A DNA stretch of 64,000 bases from an uncultured Erysipelotrichaceae bacterium. GTDB taxonomy: Bacteria > Bacillota_I > Bacilli_A > RFN20 > CAG-826. The stretch is taken from NCBI GenBank assembly GCA_900317295.1, contig ONGB01000003.1:12245-76244 (forward strand). Direction: 5' to 3'. A program made the position numbers and the translations under genes. Of this stretch, positions 39,824 through 50,267 are shown in pieces. The stretch's first letter is position 1, and the number at the start of each line of letters is the position of its first letter. Below the pieces are notes generated by a model that did no database searches, had not been told where the DNA came from, and saw only the letters and a list, made by a program, of their open reading frames with translations.

Positions 39824-41134
39824 TTGTCCGTTATGTTGGCGACCCTGATCATTGCTCTAGTTACCTTCGTTCTGATGGCGGTGTCCATCGTCTTTTTCCC
39901 GATGGTCTCCATTGGGAAGGTGAAAATAGGGACTTATTGGATCGTCGCGGTGATCGGCGCGGTCATTTTACTATCCACGTCCTTATCCCCGATTCAAGAG
40001 GTCTATCGAGAATTGACCGCGCCCACCAGCATCAATCCGTTGAAGATCCTGATCCTATTCTTCTCAATGACGATCCTCTCGATCTATCTGGATGAGGTAG
40101 GGCTGTTCCGTTTCTTGGCGGGCGTCGCCACCAAAAAGGCCAAGGGTAATCAATTGGGTTTGTTCTTCGCCATCTATGGCCTCACCTCGATTTTGACCAT
40201 CTTCACCTCCAACGACATCGTCATTTTGACGTTGACCCCCTTTATTTGCTTCTTCGCCAAAAACGCGAAAATCAACCCCCTTCCCTACCTGATCACGGAA
40301 TTCGCCGCGGCGAACACGTGGTCGATGATGCTGATCATCGGGAACCCGACCAACATCTACCTCGCTTCCTCCGCGGGCATCGATTTCCTCGGTTATTTCA
40401 AAGTCATGCTCATCCCGACTTTGTTTGCTGGCTTGACGGAACTTTTGGTGGTTTTCTTGGTGTTCCGGAAACAGCTGAAGGCGCCGATGTGCGCGGAAGG
40501 CGAGGAATATCGCATCGAAAGCAAACCGGATTTGATCCTCGGGCTCGCGTTATTGACGGTGTGTTTGGTCTTGATGGCGATTTCCAGTTATGTGCCTTTT
40601 GAAATGTGGATGATCTCCGCCGGATGCGCGGTCGCTTTGATCGTCGGGGCGCTAGTGGAACGGCTTTTGACCCACCGCCACTGGGAATACCTCATCGATT
40701 CCTTCAAGCGACTTCCCTATTCGTTGATCCCCTTCGTCCTTTCGATGTTCGTGATCGTCGTCGGACTGAACGCCCAAGGCGTCACCGCGGAATTCGGGAG
40801 TTTCCTTAACGCGGGCAGCCCCATTTGGGTTTATGGGTATTCTTCCTTCTTGGCCTCCAACCTCATCAATAACATCCCGATGAGCATCTGGTTCTCTTCT
40901 TTGCTTTCGGGGTTAGAGGGAAGAGCGTATACCCAAGCCGTATTCGCGAGCATCATCGGCAGCAACATCGGGGCGTTCCTGACCCCCATCGGCGCTTTGG
41001 CGGGAATCATGTTCTCCGCGACGCTTCATAAATATGAGGTCAAATACACGTTCTTCGATTTCGCCAAGCACGGGGCTTTGATTGCCATCCCGACCATCTC
41101 CGTCGCCTTGCTTGGGCTGCTTCTTGTTTCTTAA
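39824..41134 (+). CDS. anion permease of the ArsB/NhaD (CitMHS-like) superfamily
   Basis: 436 aa, about 12 TM, two-repeat topology; TTG start 12 nt after AAGAGG (ATG alternative at 39833). Confidence 0.5.
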   Translation: MSVMLATLIIALVTFVLMAVSIVFFPMVSIGKVKIGTYWIVAVIGAVILLSTSLSPIQEVYRELTAPTSINPLKILILFFSMTILSIYLDEVGLFRFLAGVATKKAKGNQLGLFFAIYGLTSILTIFTSNDIVILTLTPFICFFAKNAKINPLPYLITEFAAANTWSMMLIIGNPTNIYLASSAGIDFLGYFKVMLIPTLFAGLTELLVVFLVFRKQLKAPMCAEGEEYRIESKPDLILGLALLTVCLVLMAISSYVPFEMWMISAGCAVALIVGALVERLLTHRHWEYLIDSFKRLPYSLIPFVLSMFVIVVGLNAQGVTAEFGSFLNAGSPIWVYGYSSFLASNLINNIPMSIWFSSLLSGLEGRAYTQAVFASIIGSNIGAFLTPIGALAGIMFSATLHKYEVKYTFFDFAKHGALIAIPTISVALLGLLLVS

Positions 41135-41140
41135 GCCGCG

Positions 41141-41175
41141 AAAAAAGGGGCGTGGTTTTTTGCCCCCTTTCATTT
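41141..41175. terminator. bidirectional terminator between convergent permease (+) and secreted-protein gene (-)
   Basis: AAAAAAGGGGC ... GCCCCCTTTCATTT hairpin with flanking A and T runs. Confidence 0.5.
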
Positions 41176-41199
41176 CGTTTTAGCCTAGACGTGTATCGA

Positions 41200-41934
41200 T
41201 TAATTGCAGGTATAGGTGAATTTCAGTTCTTTGAACATGCAGCTGAGCTTATGGCCCGCCTGGATGAATTTGCTTTCGTAGTAGGTGAACTGGAAGCCCA
41301 TCAAATTGAAGCCGCTGGCGCTATATTCGATGGAATCCGTGATGGAGAGCATGTTCACGGCCTTGTGGGTGTTTTTGTAAGAGCCGCTGTCGTAGAACCC
41401 GCCGAGGGAAGGGATTTTGACGAGGCTATCATAGGAAACCCCTTTGAGGTTGTTATAGAAGTTCGCGCCGTCCAAATTCGCGTATTTGAGCTGAACGCAG
41501 TATTCCTCGCTGCTGTTGTTGCTGTTGGAAGTCACGTCGAACGTGGCCTTCATGCCGACATTTCCCTCGAAAGAGAAAAGGACATTGAAGTTATAGGCGT
41601 TCGCGCCCGCGCTTCCCGAGTTGTCAATGCCAAACGGGTCGCCCAAGGAGCTTCCGGTCGATTGCAGCCCGCAGTCATTGAAGATGATCGCCCCAAGGAT
41701 GAAACAGCCATTGGCTAAGGGAATGGTGAACTTTTTGTCGGCTTTGCCGGCGGTGTGCTCCCAGTCTTCTAGCGCGACGGTCTTCAGGGTGTTGTTGTCG
41801 AGGGTGACGGATTTCTCTACTCCCGCGCCCCGAAGAAGTTGGGATTGATGTCTGCCGAGCGCGGCGACGCCGACGGCGGCGATGGCGGAGACGGCGGCGA
41901 GGGCCGTTAATCCGATTTTGAGGGTTCTTTTCAT
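41200..41934 (-). CDS. secreted protein of unknown function (signal peptide)
   Basis: Start at MKRTLKIGLTALAAVSAIAA (GGAGG 7 nt upstream); Ser/Asn/Gly-rich, probably beta-rich; no recognizable catalytic motif. Confidence 0.5.
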   Translation of the reverse strand: MKRTLKIGLTALAAVSAIAAVGVAALGRHQSQLLRGAGVEKSVTLDNNTLKTVALEDWEHTAGKADKKFTIPLANGCFILGAIIFNDCGLQSTGSSLGDPFGIDNSGSAGANAYNFNVLFSFEGNVGMKATFDVTSNSNNSSEEYCVQLKYANLDGANFYNNLKGVSYDSLVKIPSLGGFYDSGSYKNTHKAVNMLSITDSIEYSASGFNLMGFQFTYYESKFIQAGHKLSCMFKELKFTYTCN

Positions 41935-42160
41935 GGTGTGCCTCCAAAAATACAAGGGATAGTATGGGAATTTGAGAAAGCATTGCAACAATAAAATTAC
42001 TTTTAGTAATCCGAAGAATGGCCTTTTAAGACATTTCGTTTGGAAATGAACAACTTCTCAAAGCAAAGGCGGCGAAAAAGGGGAATGATGGAACCCCCTC
42101 GTCCTAAATTCTTGTTTTTATAAAACACCTAAGGGCTTTTGGGTATAATAGAGCCCGCCT

Positions 42161-43069
42161 ATGAACATCGTTGAAACGAAAGATTTAGTGAAGAAATACG
42201 GCGGCCACCCCGCGGTGGACCACGTGAACATGCACATCCCAGAAGGGGCGATTTATGGTTTTGTTGGGGAGAATGGCAGCGGCAAGACGACCATTATGCG
42301 CGTCTTGACCGGTTTGGCCGAGCCTAGCGAAGGCACTTATTACCTCTGCGGGATCGAAAGGAAGGACAAGGCCATCTACGCGGCGAGGAAGCAAATGTCC
42401 GCGCTCGTGGAAGTCGCCTCCCTCGTCCCGACGATGACCGCGAAGGAGAACATGGCCTACCAAGAGCTTTATCTCGGCATTCGCCTGACCGATGCGGAAC
42501 GGGACGAATTGCTTCGCCAAGTGCATTTGGAAAACGTCGCGAAAAAGAAGGTCAAAAACTTCTCCTTGGGCATGCGTCAGCGCCTCGCGATCGCCCTGTG
42601 CTTGATGAACAAGCCCAAATTCCTGATGCTCGATGAGCCGATGAACGGCCTTGACCCCCAAGGCATCGCCGAACTCCGCGACCTCATCGTGGAACTCAAT
42701 AAAACCACCGGGGTCACCGTGCTGATCTCCTCCCATATCCTTTCGGAGCTCGAGAAGATCGCCACCCATTATGGTTTCATTTCCCATGGCCGGCTCTTAG
42801 AAGAATTGACCGTGGAGGAACTAAACGAAAAAGGCCGTAAATCCTTGATGGTTTTGGTCGATAACGTGAAAAAGGCGGCGGCCTGCTTGGCCGCCGCGGG
42901 ATTAAAGGAAGTCCAAAGCGCCCCCAACGGGGAGGTGCGGATCTACGACGATTGCGATATCGCCTCGACCGTCGCCGCCTTGGCCAAAGACGGCATCAAG
43001 ATCCTTTCGATCCGCTCCAATGACGAAAGCGTCGAGGATTATTACCTCGATTTGGTGAAGGGGAGGTAA
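42161..43069 (+). CDS. ABC transporter ATP-binding protein (ABC-2/BcrA-like)
   Basis: 302 aa; Walker A GENGSGKTT, signature FSLGMRQRLAIALCL, Walker B FLMLDEPMNGLD; TATAAT only 11 nt upstream of ATG (leaderless candidate). Confidence 0.8.
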   Translation: MNIVETKDLVKKYGGHPAVDHVNMHIPEGAIYGFVGENGSGKTTIMRVLTGLAEPSEGTYYLCGIERKDKAIYAARKQMSALVEVASLVPTMTAKENMAYQELYLGIRLTDAERDELLRQVHLENVAKKKVKNFSLGMRQRLAIALCLMNKPKFLMLDEPMNGLDPQGIAELRDLIVELNKTTGVTVLISSHILSELEKIATHYGFISHGRLLEELTVEELNEKGRKSLMVLVDNVKKAAACLAAAGLKEVQSAPNGEVRIYDDCDIASTVAALAKDGIKILSIRSNDESVEDYYLDLVKGR

Positions 43070-43073
43070 GACC

Positions 43074-43907
43074 ATGAGAAATCTAATGCGTGCCTTCTTC
43101 TTCAAGCTCTTCCGCGATTGGACCTTCCGCATCACGTTGTTCATCGGGCTTGGCCTCGCCGTGTTCTTGACCTTGATCTATTGGGCGATCGACCACGGTT
43201 TCGGCTCCGCGGCGGAGGATGGTCTATTCTGCACGGGCGAGAATTTATTGATCAGCTCGCTTAGCCCCGCGCAGAACTTCGGCATCGCCGTCCCCATCAA
43301 CCTCATCAGTTTCACCGTCCTTGAATTCACCCACGGCACGATCCGCAACAAGATCATCGCGGGCAATTCTAAAGGAAAGATTTATCTTAGCCTCCTTTTA
43401 AGCGGGCTGACCTTCACCTTCCTTTTGATCATCGCCTATGCCGGGCTTTGCACCGGGCTCGCCTCCCTCTTGGGCGGATTCCATATCAACGGAAGCGTCT
43501 TGGGCATGGCCATGGGGAAGCTCAACGCCGAATATCTCTGGAAATACCTGGTTTTGATTGTCTTGGCCTATGCTTTGATCACCTTCATCGCCGTGTTCTT
43601 CGCGACGCTGTTCCGCAGCATTGGGCCCTGCATCCCCATCGTCATCATTCTCGTCTTGTTTGCCTATTTCAGCGCGACGATCATCGGCGGCTTGACCTCG
43701 AGCCTTCCCCAGCTCGACGGCGCCCGCGAGGTCCTGCGCATCGTCAACCCCTTCTATTCGATCGGGGCCTTCGCCGTCGACACGGAAGGCGGGAACCTCG
43801 TCATCTCTAACGAAGCCTTCTTCTCCGAGATCATCAACACCGCCGTCTATTCCTTCATCTTTGTCTTCTTCGGGTTCCTCCTGTTCAAGAAGCGCGACGT
43901 CAAATAA
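43074..43907 (+). CDS. ABC-2 type permease
   Basis: 277 aa, 6 TM, follows ATPase with 4-nt gap. Confidence 0.6.
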   Translation: MRNLMRAFFFKLFRDWTFRITLFIGLGLAVFLTLIYWAIDHGFGSAAEDGLFCTGENLLISSLSPAQNFGIAVPINLISFTVLEFTHGTIRNKIIAGNSKGKIYLSLLLSGLTFTFLLIIAYAGLCTGLASLLGGFHINGSVLGMAMGKLNAEYLWKYLVLIVLAYALITFIAVFFATLFRSIGPCIPIVIILVLFAYFSATIIGGLTSSLPQLDGAREVLRIVNPFYSIGAFAVDTEGGNLVISNEAFFSEIINTAVYSFIFVFFGFLLFKKRDVK

Positions 43908-43928
43908 AGAAACAATTCGCGGAAAACT

Positions 43929-44606
43929 ATGCGAAATCAGCCATATTTTGATCCTAAACCGCGCCGCTACCCCTTCCCGGAATTGACCGATCAGCATTAT
44001 CTGGTCGTCAAGAAAGACCGGGGCATCGTTTTCGATGAGAAGTATCCCTATATCGATCATTCGAAAACTTTTTTGCGCAAGCAGTGGTGGACCCGCTTGC
44101 TGCTCCGCACCATCGTTTTCCCGATGACCAAGGTGAAGCTTAGCCTCCGCATCAAAGGGAAGGAAAACCTCAAGAAATACAAAGACGTCATCCAAAACGG
44201 CGTCGTCGGGGTCTCCAACCACGTCAACATGTGGGACTACCTCGCCATCCTTTCCGCGGTGAAGCCCAAACACCCCGGGCTGATCGCCTGGGCGAAGAAC
44301 GTCAATGGCGAAAGCGGGACTCTGGTTCGCCTCGTCGGCGGCATCCCCATCCCCGAGAAGAATTTCAAGGCGACCAAAGCCTTCATGGAGACCGTCGTCG
44401 ACCATGTCAAAAACGGCGGGTTCCTGCAGATCTACGCCGAAGGCAGCATGTGGGAGTATTATGCCCCCATCCGCCCCTTCAAAAGCGGGGCGGCCTATTT
44501 CTCCGTCAAAAGCGGAAAGCCGATACTCCCGATGGCCTTTTCCTATAGGAAATCCACTTGGATCAGGCGGCTATTCGGCCCGCTTGCCTCCCTCAGCTCA
44601 CGATGA
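43929..44606 (+). CDS. 1-acyl-sn-glycerol-3-phosphate acyltransferase-family (PlsC-like) protein
   Basis: 225 aa; HX4D motif in VSNHVNMWD, downstream EGS and P motifs (IYAEGSMWEYYAPIRPFKSGAAY). Confidence 0.65.
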   Translation: MRNQPYFDPKPRRYPFPELTDQHYLVVKKDRGIVFDEKYPYIDHSKTFLRKQWWTRLLLRTIVFPMTKVKLSLRIKGKENLKKYKDVIQNGVVGVSNHVNMWDYLAILSAVKPKHPGLIAWAKNVNGESGTLVRLVGGIPIPEKNFKATKAFMETVVDHVKNGGFLQIYAEGSMWEYYAPIRPFKSGAAYFSVKSGKPILPMAFSYRKSTWIRRLFGPLASLSSR

Positions 44607-44767
44607 AGTGTGCCGCCTCGCCGGGATCGATCCGAAGAAAAACATCTATCCCGCGGTTTATAACCACGACCACCGCATCGATTACTATTGAAAACCCCGC
44701 GGAATCGCGGACGGATGCGATTATCCCTCGCATTTCCTTCCGCTGAAGCGGATAATGTCCAAGCCCT

Positions 44768-44890
44768 ATGTCACACACCCTTATCGCCACATCGAACATC
44801 ATCGGCATCGTCGTGCTGGTCGCCATCCTCGCGGTGACGATCGCCGTGTGCTTCTATTTGATATCGCTGAAAGATAAGGGCGACAAATAA
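44768..44890 (+). CDS. possible small single-TM protein (40 aa)
   Basis: MSHTLIATSNIIGIVVLVAILAVTIAVCFYLISLKDKGDK; no convincing SD; kept as low-confidence. Confidence 0.2.
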   Translation: MSHTLIATSNIIGIVVLVAILAVTIAVCFYLISLKDKGDK

Positions 44891-44952
44891 CCTTTCTTTA
44901 TTCCAATAAGGTGTTTGCACTCTCCGCGCCTGCGCCTATAATTTTCTCGCTT

Positions 44953-47028
44953 ATGCCCAAATCCACGTATTCCAGCAAAAAGAAAGCCCCAAAGACCTCG
45001 ATGTCGGTCGTTTTGCGCCGCATCGTCATCCAGACCGCCGTTTGGCTACTTTCCGAAGCGGTATTGCTCGCCACGCTTTCTTTGCTTTATTTCTTCGATA
45101 TCCCCACCGGCTTTAAGGCCGCGATGGTCGACTGGTATTGGCTCTTCATCGCCATCGCTATCACCGTCATCAACATGGTGTTCCTTTTGATCGCCGAGGT
45201 GCGGATCTTCCGCATCCGCCGCCGCAGCGACATCGAAGCCGCTACCGTTGTCGGCAGCGATATCCAGGAAGCCTATAACTTCGGCCAGCTCGGCCTCGTG
45301 GTCACCGACGACAACGACATGGTGCTTTGGACCAACAATCTCTTCAAAGAACGCCAAGTCGACTTGCTCGACCAAAACATTCTCGAATGGCAACCCGCCC
45401 TCGCCGAACTGAAGAACGCCCCGGCGGAAATGACCCAAAAGCTCGAGATCAATAGCCATAACTACGTCGTCAAATACCTCGCCGATGCCCGCCTTTATAT
45501 CTTCAAAGACACCACCGACTACGAATCCGTCAGCGAATATAACCGCCAGCAGGCGATCTGCATCGGCGTCATCATGCTCGACAACTATAGCGACCTCGCC
45601 GGCAAGACCGAAGACGACAACAATGACCTCATCACTAAGGTCCGCACCGTCATCATCGATTACGCGAAGAAGATGGGCATGCTGCTCCGCCGTTACCGTT
45701 CCGACTCCTATTTCGCGATCTGCAACTTCGAAAGCCTTGATCGCATGGAGGCCGATGGTTTCTCCGTTCTACAGGAAGTCCGTTCCTTAGGAAAAGGCCA
45801 GCAGGTCATCCCGACCCTTTCCATCGGTTTCGCCCACCACATCGATGACGTGAACAAGCTCTCCGAAATGGCTTCGAACGCCATCGACATCGCCAACTCC
45901 CGCGGCGGCGACCAGGCGGTCGTCTCCCATTATGGCGAAGAGCTTCGCTATTTTGGCGGCAAAGTCGCCGCGATGGAGAACACGGGCCGCGTGCAGTTCC
46001 GTTCCGTCGCCGACTCCCTCATCGGCATGATCCGCGGCGCTTCCAACGTCTATGTTTCCGGTCACCTTGACGCGGATATGGACGCGCTAGGCTCCTGCTT
46101 GGGCATCATGGCGATCTGCGACTATTGCAAAGTGCCCTGCGAAATCATCTATGACCCCAAAATCACCGAGAAAAAGACCCGTTTGGCTTTCCAAAGCTCC
46201 TTCCCCAAAGCCGCTTTGGAACGCATGACGATCTCCCCGAGGGACGCCGAAGAAAAGATCCGTCCGTCCACCTTGTTCGTGGTCGTCGACGTCTCCGTTC
46301 CGAGCTTGGTTATGGGGCACCGCGCGCTTGAGAAGAGCGCCAAGACGGTCGTCATCGACCACCATCGCCGCGGCGAGACCTTCATCGATAAGCCCGTCTT
46401 GAGCTACATCGACCCCTCCGCTGGCAGCGCCTCGGAAATCGTTGCCGAAATGATTAAGTACGCGACCGCGAACCCGCGCATTGAAGTGCACCCGACCTTC
46501 GCGACCATCATGCTCTCGGGCATCTTCCTCGACACCTCGTTCTTCAAATCCAAATCCACCGGCATCCGCAGCTTCGAAGCCGCGGAAATCCTCAAGGAAT
46601 TCGGCGCGGATAACTCCAAGGCCGACGACTTCCTTAAGGATGAGATCGAGGAATACAACCTCGTTACCCGTATCGCCGCGACCATGCGCACGCCTTATAC
46701 CGGCATCGTCTATTGCCTCTCTGAGGATAGCGAAATCATCGAGAAGGCATCCTTGGCGAAGGTCGCCAACCAGGTGCGCGAGCTACGCGGCATCAACGCC
46801 TCGTTCGTCATCGGGCGCACCAAACAGAACGAAATTGGCATCTCCGCCCGCTCGGATGGGTCGGTCAACGTTCAACTATTGATGGAAAAAATGGGTGGGG
46901 GCGGCCACTTCGGCATCGCCGCGGCCACCTTCACGAACTCCAGCGTCGCCGTGGTGGAGGCTAAGCTCCTCGACACCTTGGAGATGTATCTGGAAGAAGC
47001 AAAAGCGGATCTGGGAGGTAATCGATAA
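44953..47028 (+). CDS. gdpP: cyclic-di-AMP phosphodiesterase GdpP (2 TM + PAS-like + degenerate GGDEF + DHH/DHHA1)
   Basis: DHH motif SGHLDADMDALGSCLG, DHHA1 GGGGHFGIAAATF; TTTGCA-17-TATAAT promoter places the TSS a few nt before ATG 44953 (alternative start 45001); conserved position before rplI-dnaB. Confidence 0.8.
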   Translation: MPKSTYSSKKKAPKTSMSVVLRRIVIQTAVWLLSEAVLLATLSLLYFFDIPTGFKAAMVDWYWLFIAIAITVINMVFLLIAEVRIFRIRRRSDIEAATVVGSDIQEAYNFGQLGLVVTDDNDMVLWTNNLFKERQVDLLDQNILEWQPALAELKNAPAEMTQKLEINSHNYVVKYLADARLYIFKDTTDYESVSEYNRQQAICIGVIMLDNYSDLAGKTEDDNNDLITKVRTVIIDYAKKMGMLLRRYRSDSYFAICNFESLDRMEADGFSVLQEVRSLGKGQQVIPTLSIGFAHHIDDVNKLSEMASNAIDIANSRGGDQAVVSHYGEELRYFGGKVAAMENTGRVQFRSVADSLIGMIRGASNVYVSGHLDADMDALGSCLGIMAICDYCKVPCEIIYDPKITEKKTRLAFQSSFPKAALERMTISPRDAEEKIRPSTLFVVVDVSVPSLVMGHRALEKSAKTVVIDHHRRGETFIDKPVLSYIDPSAGSASEIVAEMIKYATANPRIEVHPTFATIMLSGIFLDTSFFKSKSTGIRSFEAAEILKEFGADNSKADDFLKDEIEEYNLVTRIAATMRTPYTGIVYCLSEDSEIIEKASLAKVANQVRELRGINASFVIGRTKQNEIGISARSDGSVNVQLLMEKMGGGGHFGIAAATFTNSSVAVVEAKLLDTLEMYLEEAKADLGGNR

Positions 47029-47489
47029 TGAAAGTCATTATGTTGCAAGACGTGAAGAAAATCGGAAAGAAAGGCGAGACCGTCGTCGTTTCCGATGGCT
47101 ATGGGGTCAACTATCTGATTCCCCGTGGCTTGGCCAAAGCCTCCACGGACTCCTCCCAAAAGCAACTCGCCCGCGATAACGCCGCGGAAGAGGCCCGTCA
47201 GAAAGAGCTGAAGGCCGAGGCAGAGAAAGTCAAAGCCAAGCTCGAAGGACTCACCGTCGAGTTCGCTTTGAACGTCGGCTCCGACGGCCGCGTCTTCGGC
47301 TCCATCAGCACCAAAGAGATCGCCGAAGGGCTTTTGAAGCAGCACGGCATCGAAATCGACAAACGCAAATTCATCGATAAAACCCCCGCGAATGCGCTTG
47401 GCTATACCCGTTTGAAGATCGAACTCTATAAGGGCAGCCAAGGCCAAGTCGTCGGCACGGTCAACGTCCATGTTTCGGAGCAGGAATAA
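47028..47489 (+). CDS. rplI: 50S ribosomal protein L9
   Basis: 153 aa; MKVIMLQDVKKIGKKGETVVVSDGY; TAATG overlap with gdpP. Confidence 0.92.
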   Translation: MKVIMLQDVKKIGKKGETVVVSDGYGVNYLIPRGLAKASTDSSQKQLARDNAAEEARQKELKAEAEKVKAKLEGLTVEFALNVGSDGRVFGSISTKEIAEGLLKQHGIEIDKRKFIDKTPANALGYTRLKIELYKGSQGQVVGTVNVHVSEQE

Positions 47490-49006
47490 TGGCGAACTCC
47501 ATCCTTTTGCCCTCCAACTTAGAAGCCGAGCGCGCCGTCTTGGGCTCGATGCTCATCGAAGCTAGCGCCACCGACATCGCTTTGGCCACGCTCCGCACAG
47601 AGGATTTTTCCGACGCCGATCCGCGCAACCGCCTCGTCTTCGAAGCGATGAAGGAACTCCATTCCCGGAAGATCCCCGTGGATGCCGAAACCGTCATCGG
47701 CCAGCTCATCAACGCGAAGAAGGATGAAATCGCCGGGGGCGTCCCCTATTTGCTAGAACTCGTCAACACCACCATCACCCCGGAGAACATCAACCAATAC
47801 GTGGAGATGGTCAAAGAGGAAAGCGTCCTCCGTCAGTTGCTTTTGAAAGCCAATCAGATCATCGAGCAATATGGCAAAGGCGTCCCGAGCGTCAGCGATT
47901 TTATTGTCGAAGCCAATAACGAGATCACCAAGATCGCCCAACAACGCACCGTTGGGGGCATGCGTTCCGCCCAGGAAGTCGCCATCACCGTCGAGAACAT
48001 GATCGCCGAGAAGATGAACGCGGATAACCGCGGCGTCACCGGCATCTCCTCCGGTTACCGGAGTTTGGATAACTTCACCCATGGCTGGCAAAAAGGCGAC
48101 CTCATCATCTTGGCCGCCCGCCCTTCCGTCGGGAAAACCGCGCTAGGGATGAATTTCGCCTATAATGCCGCCTACGAATCGAAGGTCCCCGTGGGCTTCT
48201 TCAGCCTTGAAATGGGCGCGGAGAAGGTCATGGAGCGCTTGATCGCCTCGCGCGCCACGGTCCCCAACGACAAGATCCAGACCGGGTTCTTGAAATCCAA
48301 TGAACAGGTCAAGGTGCACGCCGCCGTCCAAGAGATCGCGACCACCAACCTCTATATCGACGATACTTCCGACTCCTTGCTAGGCGACTTGCTCGCCAAA
48401 GCGACGAGGCTCAAGACCATGCATCCCGACCTCGGGCTCATCGTCATCGACTACTTAGGCAAAATCCGTTACCAGGAGAAGGCTGATCTTTCCCAGCGTC
48501 AGCAGGAAGTCTCCTATGTCTCCACCGCGTTGAAATCCTTGGCCAGAAGGCTTAACGTCCCGGTCATCTGCTTAGCCCAGCTCAACCGTAACGTCGACCA
48601 AAACGAAGACAAGCGCCCCTCGCTTTCCAACCTCCGCGAATCCGGTGCCATTGAGCAGGACGCCGACATGGTCCTTTTGATGTATCGCCCCGACTATTAC
48701 ACCAATCTCGGCATCTCCACCAAAACCCGCGGGCAGCGCCGCGCCGCGGAGCATGGGGAAGAGGACAAGGCCCAGGAACAAAACGCGCTATCCCCCGAAG
48801 AGAGGGAAAAAAACGGCGACGCCTCCGACACCGAGATCATCGTCGCGAAGAACCGCAACGGGAAGACCGGCACCATTCACCTGTTGTTCACCAAGTCCTA
48901 TTCCCGCTTCTCCGAACCGACCCCGGATTACATCGAGAAGCAGGCCGCCATCGAATACGCCGCCACGACGGGCACCAATCCTTTCGGCGACGATTCCAAT
49001 GATTAA
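47489..49006 (+). CDS. dnaB: replicative DNA helicase
   Basis: 505 aa; N-terminal LPSNLEAERAVLGSML, Walker A ARPSVGKTALG, Walker B LIVIDYL. Confidence 0.92.
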   Translation: MANSILLPSNLEAERAVLGSMLIEASATDIALATLRTEDFSDADPRNRLVFEAMKELHSRKIPVDAETVIGQLINAKKDEIAGGVPYLLELVNTTITPENINQYVEMVKEESVLRQLLLKANQIIEQYGKGVPSVSDFIVEANNEITKIAQQRTVGGMRSAQEVAITVENMIAEKMNADNRGVTGISSGYRSLDNFTHGWQKGDLIILAARPSVGKTALGMNFAYNAAYESKVPVGFFSLEMGAEKVMERLIASRATVPNDKIQTGFLKSNEQVKVHAAVQEIATTNLYIDDTSDSLLGDLLAKATRLKTMHPDLGLIVIDYLGKIRYQEKADLSQRQQEVSYVSTALKSLARRLNVPVICLAQLNRNVDQNEDKRPSLSNLRESGAIEQDADMVLLMYRPDYYTNLGISTKTRGQRRAAEHGEEDKAQEQNALSPEEREKNGDASDTEIIVAKNRNGKTGTIHLLFTKSYSRFSEPTPDYIEKQAAIEYAATTGTNPFGDDSND

Positions 49007-49760
49007 TCTTTGCTTTGTCGCCTCCGGTTCCAAAGGGAACGCCACGCTGCTTAGCGATGGCGATACTTTGATTCAAATCGATATGGGGGTTTCTTTGAAA
49101 ACCCTGCGCACGGGATTGGTCCATTTTGGCAAATCCGTCAGCGAAATCGATGCGTTATTCATCACACATGGCCATGCCGATCACATCTCCGGCGTGCCTT
49201 TGTTCCGCGGGAAGATCCCTATTTTCGCCACGGAAGGCACCTTGGATGAAGCTGAGGTTTTCGAAGTGATCGAACCCTATGTGGGAGTCAATGTGGGCAA
49301 CATCTCCATTTTCCCTTTCTCCACCTCCCATGACGCGCCTAATCCCGTGGGATATCTCATCTCCGCCGGGGAGACGAAACTCGGTTATGTGACCGACACG
49401 GGGACATTGGATGACACCGCGCTTAGCCTGCTTCATGACTGCGACTATTACCTATTCGAGAGCAATCATGACCTGGAGATGTTATTAAAGAGCAACCGCC
49501 CCAAGATCCTCAAAGACAGGATCCGCGGGGATTATGGCCACCTATCTAACGCGGATTCCGCCTCTTTCCTCTCCTCTTTGGTCGGACCAAAGACCAAGGC
49601 CATCTACCTCGCCCATCTTTCCGAAGAATGCAACACCCCTGACAAAGCCTTATCCACCCAACGTAGGATTCTAGAAGAAAGAGGCGTCGATTTAGGAAGG
49701 GTGAAAGTCGTTTTGACCAACCAATGGAAAGAAGTACTCGGAGGGGATTGGGCGATATGA
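48999..49760 (+). CDS. MBL-fold metallo-hydrolase (YycJ/WalJ-like)
   Basis: Start at MINLCFVASGSKGN (8-nt overlap with dnaB); HGHADHISG metallo-beta-lactamase motif. Confidence 0.75.
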   Translation: MINLCFVASGSKGNATLLSDGDTLIQIDMGVSLKTLRTGLVHFGKSVSEIDALFITHGHADHISGVPLFRGKIPIFATEGTLDEAEVFEVIEPYVGVNVGNISIFPFSTSHDAPNPVGYLISAGETKLGYVTDTGTLDDTALSLLHDCDYYLFESNHDLEMLLKSNRPKILKDRIRGDYGHLSNADSASFLSSLVGPKTKAIYLAHLSEECNTPDKALSTQRRILEERGVDLGRVKVVLTNQWKEVLGGDWAI

Positions 49761-50236
49761 AGATCACGCTTTATTGCATCGGCTTCCTTAAGGAAACCTA
49801 TTGGAAGACCGCCTGCGCGGAATATCTGAAGCGCCTTAAGCCCTACGCCGAAGTGAATATCGTCGAATGCCCCGATTTCCCCTGCCCGGAGAAATGCTCC
49901 CTCGCCGAAGAAGAGGCGATCAAAGACAAAGAGGGGAAGAAGGTATTGGAGAAGCTTTCCCCAAGCGATTACCTCATCGCCTTGGATCTCCATCATCCAG
50001 AATGCGACTCCCCCACCTTCTCCAAGCGCCTTGAAGCCGCCTTCGTGAAGGGCAAAAGCAAAGTCTCCTTTGTCATCGGGGGATCGCTGGGGCTATCGGA
50101 TGAATTAAAGAAACGCGCGAACGAATTCCTGACCTTCGGGGAGATGACTTTCCCCCATTCCTTGGCCCGGGTGATGCTATTAGAGCAGATCTATCGCGCC
50201 TTCCGGATATCCCGAAACGAACCCTACCATAAATGA
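49757..50236 (+). CDS. rlmH: 23S rRNA (pseudouridine1915-N3)-methyltransferase
   Basis: Start at MKITLYCIGFLKE; SPOUT-fold YbeA family; ATGA overlap with MBL gene. Confidence 0.8.
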   Translation: MKITLYCIGFLKETYWKTACAEYLKRLKPYAEVNIVECPDFPCPEKCSLAEEEAIKDKEGKKVLEKLSPSDYLIALDLHHPECDSPTFSKRLEAAFVKGKSKVSFVIGGSLGLSDELKKRANEFLTFGEMTFPHSLARVMLLEQIYRAFRISRNEPYHK

Positions 50237-50267
50237 AAACACCCGCGATTTCGCGGATGTTTTCTCT

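Noticed and set aside
44911-44952. Longer N-terminal start for gdpP (MFALSAP...) and 62822 start for mscL, 9070 start for the TetR gene, 36497 start for the membrane protein
   Set aside because: Upstream extensions precede the mapped promoter or -10 element or lack an SD, while internal ATG/TTG codons have properly spaced SD sequences and match family N-termini.
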